A DNA stretch of 64,000 nt from contig NC_042997.1 in assembly GCF_006345805.1 (NCBI RefSeq), forward strand, positions 205,530,001 to 205,594,000, in the 5' to 3' direction. Source of the stretch: Octopus sinensis. Its lineage: Eukaryota. The notes under the pieces were generated by a model. It saw nothing but the letters and a program-made list of their open reading frames with translations, searched no databases and had not been told where the DNA came from. Numbering within the stretch: the first letter of the stretch is position 1; each line of letters begins with the position of its first letter. This document shows, in pieces, positions 53,001 through 62,000 of this stretch. The translations under genes were made by a program, and so were the position numbers.

Positions 53001-56000
53001 ATATCCCCTTCTATTTCGTCAAAGGCTTCGAGTAGTATGTCTCTAAATCTCTGTCCATTTGCAGGATCTTTAAGCTTCCAGACCCTTCTCTTCCTAGCTG
53101 GTCTTCTTCTGGGCAACCATTTAGCTCTGATCCTGAAGTCGCTAACTACTAATCTATCTTGAGGAGTACATTCTTCGCCTGGAAAGGTTTTGGCATTTGT
53201 AAGCAGCCCTCTTTCCCTTTTTCTGGCAAGGATGTAGTCAATCTGGCTAGTATATATATATATATATATATATATGTACTTACCATTCGCTAGCTTCTGC
53301 ACGCATTTTTTTTTCTCTCCTTGTTTCTCTCCGTGTTTCTTTTCTGTGTATCTTTCTGTCGAAGAGCGTAGGCTCGAAATGTAAAAGACTTGTTTTATTT
53401 ATATTCCTGAGCGCCATACTAATACAATTGTTTGTTTGTTTTCCACCTGCCTTCGTCTTTTGTTTATTTTCATAAAGCTTCCCGTTATATATATACACAT
53501 ACGTACATACATACATACATACATACATATACACACACATATATATATATCTGATGCCATCATCATCATCATCATAATCTTTTAACATCTGTTTTCCATG
53601 CCAGAAATGGGTTGGATGGTTTGATATCGGTGCAAGAACTGTGTTGTGCTCTAATGTCTGCTTTGGAAGGAGTTCTTCACCACACCCGCAGCCCAACCTC
53701 ACCTGCACTCCTACTACTACTACTACTACTACTAAACTATAGTAATCATTAGTAATTCAGTGTCCCTTGTTTAAACCCAAAAGTTTGCCAAAATATTCCT
53801 GTTTTTTATAAACTTTTAACAGAAAAAGGGTTCATCATCATCATCATCATCATCATCATTTAGCGTCCGTTTTCCATGCTAGCATGGGTTGGACGGTTCA
53901 ACTGGGGTCTGGGGAGCCCGAAGGCTGCACCAGGCCAGTCAGATCTGGCAGTGTTTCTACAGCTGGATGCCCTTCCTAACGCCAACCACTCCGAGAGTGT
54001 AGTGGGTGATTTTATGTGCCACCGACACAGGTGCCAGACGAGGCTGGCGAACGGCCACGCTCGGATGGTGTTTTTATGTGCCACCGACACAGGAGCCAGA
54101 CGAGGCTGGCAGACGGCCACGCTCGGATGGTGTTTTTATGTGCCACCGACACAGGTGCCAGACGAGGCTGGCGAATGGCCACGCTCGGATGGTGTTTTTA
54201 TGTGCCACCGACACAGGAGCCAGATGAGGCTGGCGGACAGCCACGATCGGATGGTGTTTGTTACGTCCCCAAAGCACGGAGGCCAGTCTATGCGGTACTG
54301 GCTACGGCCACGTTCGGATGATTTTCTTTTGATTTTCACTTGCCTCAACAGGTCTTCACAAGTGTCACACACTTGCCTCAACAGGTCTCCACAAGTGTCA
54401 CAACTTGCCTCTGCCTCAACAGGTCTTCACAAGTGTCACACACTTGCCTCAACAGGTCTTCACAAGTGTCATAAGAGGGAAGGTATGCACAGGTGGACTG
54501 ACTACGTCGCCGGGTCTTCGGATGGTGTCTTTATGTGCCACCGACACAGGTGCCAGATGAGGCTGGCGAACGGCCATGATCGGATGGTGTTTGTTGTGCC
54601 CACAGCACGGAGGCCAGTCGATGCGGTACTGGCTACGGCCACGTTTGGGTGGTTTTCTTGTGTGCCACCGGCACTGGTACCACAAAGAATACAATTCCAC
54701 TGATGTTCATCTATTTTGATTTGTTTTGATTTGATTTTCACTTGCCTCAACAGGTCTTCGTAAGTGTCACAAGAAGGAAGGTATGCACAGGAGGACTGAC
54801 TATGTCCCAGGTAGGGGCCACGGGTTATGGCCTGACTAGTCTTGCCGGGTCTTCTCACGCACAGCATACTTCCATAGGTCTCGGTCTCTAGACATTTCCT
54901 TAGTGAGACCTAAAGTTCGAAGGTCGTGCTTCACCACCTCATCCCAGGTTTTCCTGGGTCTACCTCTTCCACAGGTTCCCTCAACTGCTAGGGTGTAGCA
55001 CTTTTGCACACAACTATCTTCAGCCATTCTCATCACATGACCATACCAGCGCAAACGTCTCTCTTGCACACCACAACTGACGCTTCTTAGGTTCAACTTT
55101 TCTCTCAAGGAACTTACACTCTGACGATTATGAACACTGACATTACACATCCATCGGAGCATACTGGCTTCATTTCTTGCGAGCTTACGCATATCCTCAG
55201 CAGTCACGGCCCATGTTTCACTACCATGTAGCATGGCTGTACGTACACATGCATCATACAGTCTGCCTTTTACTCTGAGCGAGAGGCCTTTTGTCACCAG
55301 CAGGGGTAAGAGCTCTCTAAACTTTGCCCAGGCTATTCTTACTCTAGCAGTTACACTTTCAGCACACCCGCCCCCGCTACTGACTTGGTCTCCTAGGTAG
55401 CGGAAGCTATCAACTACTTCTAGTTTGTCTCCCTGGAACGTGGCAGAAGTTGGTCTCTGCACATTTCCAGTGTTTATTGCTCCTGAGCATTTGCCACAGA
55501 CAAAAACTATTTTCCTAGTTAGCCTTCCTTTGACATTGCTGCACCTCTTATGTGTCCATAGCTTACACTTGGTGCATCTTATAGAGTTTCTACCTACACC
55601 TTTTTTACAGATCGAGCAGGGCCATCTACCTGAAGGCGTATGTGATTGATCTACCTTCCTACTTATCAGGACTTTGGTTTTGGCTAGGTTGATTCTAAGG
55701 CCCTTCGATTCTAATCCTTGTTTCCACACCTGAAACTTCTCCTCCAGTTCTGATAGTGACTCAGCAATTAGAGCAAGGTCATCAGCATAGAGGAGCTCCC
55801 AGGGGCAACCTGTCTTGAATTCCTCCGTTATTACCTGGAGGACTATGATAAATAGGAGGGGACTGAGGACTGAACCTTGGTGGACCCCAACCTCTACCCG
55901 GAATTCTTCACTGTACTCGTTGCCAACCCTCACCTTACTAGCAGCGTCTCTGTACATGGCTTGCACAGCTCTCACCAACCATTCTTCTATCCCTAGTTTC

Positions 56001-59000
56001 CTCATTGACCACCAGATAAGGGATCGGGGGACCCTGTCAAAGGCTTTCTCCAAGTCAACAAAAGCCAGGTACAAGGGCTTATCTTTGGCTAGGTATTTCT
56101 CCTGCAGCTGTCTTACCAGGAATATAGCATCAGTAGTACTTTTCCCTGGCACGAACCCAAACTGCATATCATCTAAGCTAACTCTCTCTCTAATTAGTTG
56201 GGCTATAACCCTCTCCGTAACCTTCATTACCTGATCCAGCAGCTTGATGCCCCTGTAGTTATTTGTCTCTAGGGCGTCGCCTTTACCTTTGTAGCAGTTG
56301 ACTATTATGCTGCTACACCAGTCATTGGGTATGACCCCCTCGTGTATCACCTGGTTAACTATACGGGTGACTAAGCTATAGCCGACACCACCAGATATTT
56401 TGAGCATCTCTGCAGTAATTCCTGATGGGCCTGGGGCTTTCCCTGTTTTCATGCTTCTAATTGCCTTATCTACTAAGGAACTGTTAACTCGGATTGCTGG
56501 TCCCTCTGTTGGGTCGACATTCGGCAGACTCTCTTTATCCCATTCATTTTCTTCATTCAGCAACCTATCATAGTGGCGTCTCCAAGCCTCTCTCTTTGCA
56601 TCCTCATTAAGCGCAAGTGAACCGTCATCCTTGCGAACACATTTCTCTCCTACCACGTCACGATTCTCTCTCACACACTGTCTTGCAACACGAAATACCT
56701 CAAGTCTTTCATCCTCACGACGCAGGACATTGGCAAATTTTTCCTTATCTGCCTCCCCTCTGGGTAGATAGACCTGTCTCCTGGCTTCCCTTCTGGCAGA
56801 CTGATACACTTCCCTGCTACCACCGTTCTTCCAGTCCTTCCAAGCCTGTTTCTTTTGTCTAATAGCCCTGTCAACAATATTGTTCCACCACCACGTTATT
56901 TTGGGTCTTAAGGGGACTTTGCACCAGCCACAGATCTGGTCAGCGGCTTTTAGCAGGTTGTCCCTCAGAAGCGTCCAGTTGTCTTCTACCCCATGCGTAG
57001 CTATACTCCCTTCCATTTCGTCTAAGGCTTCAAATAACATATCTCTAAATCTCTGTCCATTCACAGGGTCTTTAAGCTTCCAGACCCTTCTTCTCCATGT
57101 TGGTCGTCTTCTAGTCGCCCTCTTAGTCCTGATCCTAAAGTCACTAACTACCAGTCTATGTTGTGGGGTGCATTCTTCACCTGGGAAGGTTTTGGCATTT
57201 ATAAGCAGCCATCTTTCCCTTCTTCTGGCAAGGATGTAGTCGATTTGGCTAGTATGCCGGCCCGATCGGTAGGTGACCAGGTGGCTTGTCGGTTTCCTGA
57301 AGTTAGTGTTGCAAATCATAAGACTATTCGCATCGCAGAACTCCAGCAGCCTGGTTCCCTCCTCGTTGCGGGAACCATAACCATAGCCTCCATGCACGCC
57401 ATGGAAGCCCCCAGCACATCGTCCAACATGCCCATTGAAGTCACCAGCCACAAAGAGAAGGTCCCTGTCGTTCGTCAATGATGTGGTCTGCAGTAGGGTG
57501 TCATAGAAACAGTCTTTCTGTCCATCAGGTAGCCCTGGCTGAGGGGCATAGGCCGATATAATAGTTGCTAAACTATGATGGAGCACTAATCTAATCTTAA
57601 TTATTCTGTCACTTACTCTGACTACCTCGATTACCTTATCTACCCATTTTTCGGCGATAAGCATGCCCACACCCCCGACTCCGTCAGTATTCCCAGCCCA
57701 GAAAATCTTGTACCTCTGTCCTTTGCCTGTGAGGAACCTAGCAGAACCTCCTCTCCACCTCACTTCTTGAATGCAGCATATATCAACCCACCTCCGTTCA
57801 AGCAATTCAACTATCTCGCCAGATCTGCCTTTCAGTGTGCCAACGTTGAGGGTGCCAACCCTGAGGCTGTGGGTGGGGGTGGAAGTGGTATTGGTCCTAA
57901 TAGCGTCATGGACCTGAAAAGAGAACTCACGTTTGGCAGTATTCATAGACAAACAATAGAACTTAAGTTCAAACCTCGTACACAACACTAAACATATCTT
58001 GCAATGACTGACCACTACCTTTTATGGAAGGAGGTGGGGGTGGCGTAAGACTTTGAAGTGTATAAGGGAGACAAGGATGAGAAAATTTAGGACTTCCTGT
58101 ACCGGTGGTGGGGGTGGGAGGGCGGGTGCACCGCGAAAACCGGCCGGCAGCCATTCTTCCTTCCTTGGGAGAGAAATAGTTATTAGTATCTAAAAAATAC
58201 CTAAATTTTGCCTAATCTATGGGAGAAGCGTGAACGATAAAGAGCTATAAATTATAAATGCATTTATTCTATATCTACGAGGCGTGAGACTGATCGATAA
58301 AATAAAATTAGGGGCAAGCTTTAAGATTAAATATATATTTAACACAAGACATGAGACAACGATATATAATTAAGATGAACTATAGGATTATATGTACATA
58401 TAAAAAAAGACACAAGGCGTGAGGCTAAATTTCACAAGTCATAACAATAATACTAATAGAGATAAAACAGGGCTAACTAAAAGATCAGATCAGTTGCAGA
58501 TAGTTAAGCAGGTACACGGGTTGAAATTAAATATAGATTGCTTAGCTTGGATTCATTTTTCGTATTTCGTATTTTTCGTAGGGAGTCGGATAACAGTTTG
58601 AATTCAAGTGAGGCCGTTAAAAACAGTCGCTGGTTTATATGCATATAGGGTGGCGGAGAAGGGGAGCCGAATGGCGATCGAAAGAGATATAAGACAATTG
58701 TAGAGGAACGAGGGTGGGGTCGTGGCCCGCCAAGAACCGGCCGGCAGCCATTCTTCCTTCCTTGGGAGAGAAATAGTTATTAGTATCTAAAAAATACCTA
58801 AATTTTGCCTAATCTATGGGAGAAGCGTGAACGATAAAGAGCTATAAATTATAAATGCATTTATTCTATATCTACGAGGCGTGAGACTGATCGATAAAAT
58901 AAAATTAGGGGCAAGCTTTAAGATTAAATATATATTTAACACAAGACATGAGACAACAATATATAATTAAGATGAACTATAGGATTATATGTACATATAA

Positions 59001-62000
59001 AAAAAAGACACAAGGCGTGAGGCTAAATTTCACAACTCATAACAATAATACTAATAGAGATAAAACAGGGCTAACTAAAAGATCAGATCAGTTGCAGATA
59101 GTTAAGCAGGTACACGGGTTGAAATTAAATATAGATTGCTTAGCTTGGATTCATTTTTCGTAGGGAGTCGGATAACAGTTTGAATTCAAGTGAGGCCGTT
59201 AAAAACAGTCGCTGGTTTATATGCATATAGGGTGGCGGAGAAGGGGAGCCGAATGGCGATCGAAAGAGATATAAGACAATTGAAGAGGAACGAGGGTGGG
59301 GTCGTGGCCCGCCAAGAACCGGCCGGCAGCCATTCTTCCTTCCTTGGGAGAGAAATAGTTATTAGTATCTAAAAAATACCTAAATTTTGCCTAATCTATG
59401 GGAGAAGCGTGAACGATAAAGAGCTATAAATTATAAATGCATTTATTCTATATCTACGAGGCGTGAGACTGATCGATAAAATAAAATTAGGGGCAAGCTT
59501 TAAGATTAAATATATATTTAACACAAGACATGAGACAACGATATATAATTAAGATGAACTATAGAATTATATGTACATATAAAAAGACACAAGGCGTGAG
59601 GCTAAATTTCACAAGTCATAACAATAATACTAATAGAGATAAAACAGGGCTAACTAAAAGATCAGATCAGTTGCAGATAGTTAAGCAGGTACACGGGTTG
59701 AAATTAAATATAGATTGCTTAGCTTGGATTCATTTTTCGTATTTCGTATTTTTCGTAGGGAGTCGGATAACAGTTTGAATTCAAGTGAGGCCGTTAAAAA
59801 CAGTCGCTGGTTTATATGCATATAGGGTGGCGGAGAAGGGGAGCCGAATGGCGATCGAAAGAGATATAAGACAATTGAAGAGGAACGAGGGTGGGGTCGT
59901 ATAATTTTATTTTAATTCTGAAATATTTGATTTCTATTTGAACTTTAGAACCAATCCCAGATACATGGTCATCAATGGGAGACAAGGAATTAATTAAAAT
60001 TGTTCGAGTCACAAATGGACCAGAATATGATGACATCCAGGCCACTTTCCATCGGAATTTGCTTTCCTATCATATAATCAAAGTTTGTATTTTTATTTCT
60101 GTTTATAAACAATATTTAATGATTTATTGTTAAAAGAAATGTTAAGAGACATTTTCTTTGTATAAAAGACTTAAATCTCATAGTATGAACCTATTTTGGG
60201 ATGGTTCCATGCAATTTTGGATATTCACAAAAAAATCTTTGCTCAACAAAAATACCTCTGCTTTAACTTCTTGCACAGATCATTATTGATGGGTACATCT
60301 GCAGTGAGCTGAAAAACGTCAGAGCGGGCAACATGAGTAGTGGAGGAGTGTAGTCTTGTCTGACAGAAGTCGATATTGCATTTCTCTGGAAGACAGCAGA
60401 GCTGGCATTTGGAGGAGAAGGGGTGAATGTCATGCCAATGGCTGTATGGTGGAGAGATACTCATGGGGAAGACAGAGCATCATGGCAAGGGGCAAGATTG
60501 CAACACCATTTTGCAGCTAAACTATTGTGCCTTACCAAAATTTACAGTTGAATCAAAATTGGTATCAAATACAAAAGAAGAAAAAAGCAGATAGGGTTGG
60601 GGTTTTTTACCACAAACTTTATTTCCTTGTCAAAGAAGTGAATTGATTGTCTTTTCATAAATGTATTTTCCTTTCTACAGATTGAGAGAATTCAAAATAG
60701 AGCATTATACCAGAGATACCAATCATTGAAAAAACAATTTGAGGCAGAAAATCCAAAGATTACAAATGAAGTTGATGGCCTTTGGCATGGTACTGCTGAA
60801 GGATCTGTTGATAGAATAAATAAATATGGTTTCAACCGTAGCTATTGTGGTAAAAATGGTAAGTATATTCTAATCAACATCATCATCATCATCTACCCAC
60901 CCTTCCTATTGTCCTGAGCTGGACAGTCACTCTCCACATTGATTGCTGTTTAGAATCCTTTCTCACACAGAGAGGATGTCATGTTGCTCACACATTCCAT
61001 GTTTGGCATCGTTTCTACTGCCAGGTCCCCTTCCTAACATCTTCTGCTCTAGAGTAAACCAGGTGTATTTTATTATTTTGGAACCAACACTTTTATTTGG
61101 ATTGGGAGGAAGGGTCTGTCCCCATCCATTAATGTTCCTCTTGAACCTTTGTAAATGAAGATAGGGCAGGAAAGATAAGAGAAGGGGTGGAATTCCAGAG
61201 GGATAATGTTATAGGAAGAAGGACTAGGTATAGTGGAGAGTCTGCAGGACTGGACAGAAATATCAACAAGCGAACACCAGGCCTAGCAATCACCATTCTG
61301 AGTTTGTCAATTCTAGATATACTGAGATAATCAATCCAGTGTTGTTAACTCTCATTGAAATATTCAATGTCTGCTATGGCCTAGAAATTGGTTAAGGGAC
61401 ATTTAATAACTGTACAGAAATCTGATAAACCAGCAGTGGTACCATCACAGAGGTAACTCCATTTAGATATCTCAAATGATCTTCTCTCACTGACTCTTTT
61501 ATCATCTTTTGGAATTAGATTTTGATGTGTATGGTGAATATGGATATGGGGTGAGTAGAAGAGCGGGGTTCCACAAAATGCTACCCAAACAAGTTCAGTG
61601 GTAAATATTGGCAAGGGACAGGCTCTCCCAATGATAAAACATCATTTCCTGAAACCTGTTTGATGTCACATGGTGTCATGTGATGACAAAATGTCCTGGA
61701 TTCAAAGAGATAAGCTCAATATCTCGTGTGACCACTATTATTGTTGATTACTGCCAGGCATCTTCTGCACATTGAATGCACCAAACGATTGATGAAAGCC
61801 ATGGGGATAGCAGCTGACACTCTGTTAAAACTTGCAGTGAGTTGTCTCTGAGTTTTCGGTCTTGGACGGGTGTCATTTAGCCTTCTTAGGGGTTTCATCC
61901 CACAGGTGCTCTGTAGGGTTTGAGTCTGGACTGAAGCCAGTGTCTAGATGTTGATGTTGTTGGAGGAAGCCTGTTGTCAACCTGGCAGTATGGTCACGGG

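Noticed and set aside
53990-54320. ~61-bp repeats in RTE 3' UTRs (also 15600-16230 and 36380-36700) as CRISPR-like or peptide-coding repeats
   Set aside because: Head-to-tail units without spacers inside LINE UTRs; the ORFs over them occur in all frames and are repeat artefacts
55815-56234. Recurrent 139-aa antisense ORF (also 14061-14480, 29577-30134, 51814-52233)
   Set aside because: Shadow frame opposite the conserved RT core; recurrence reflects copy identity, with no independent evidence of coding
58700-58760. HDV-like ribozyme at the GC-rich junction of the 590-bp units
   Set aside because: An L3-like CCCTCGT is present on the minus strand, but I could not form P3, P1 or P1.1 around it
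53810-59920. Target-site duplication around the intact RTE plus array
   Set aside because: Flanks (...taacagaaaaagggtt and ataattttatttt...) share no convincing direct repeat
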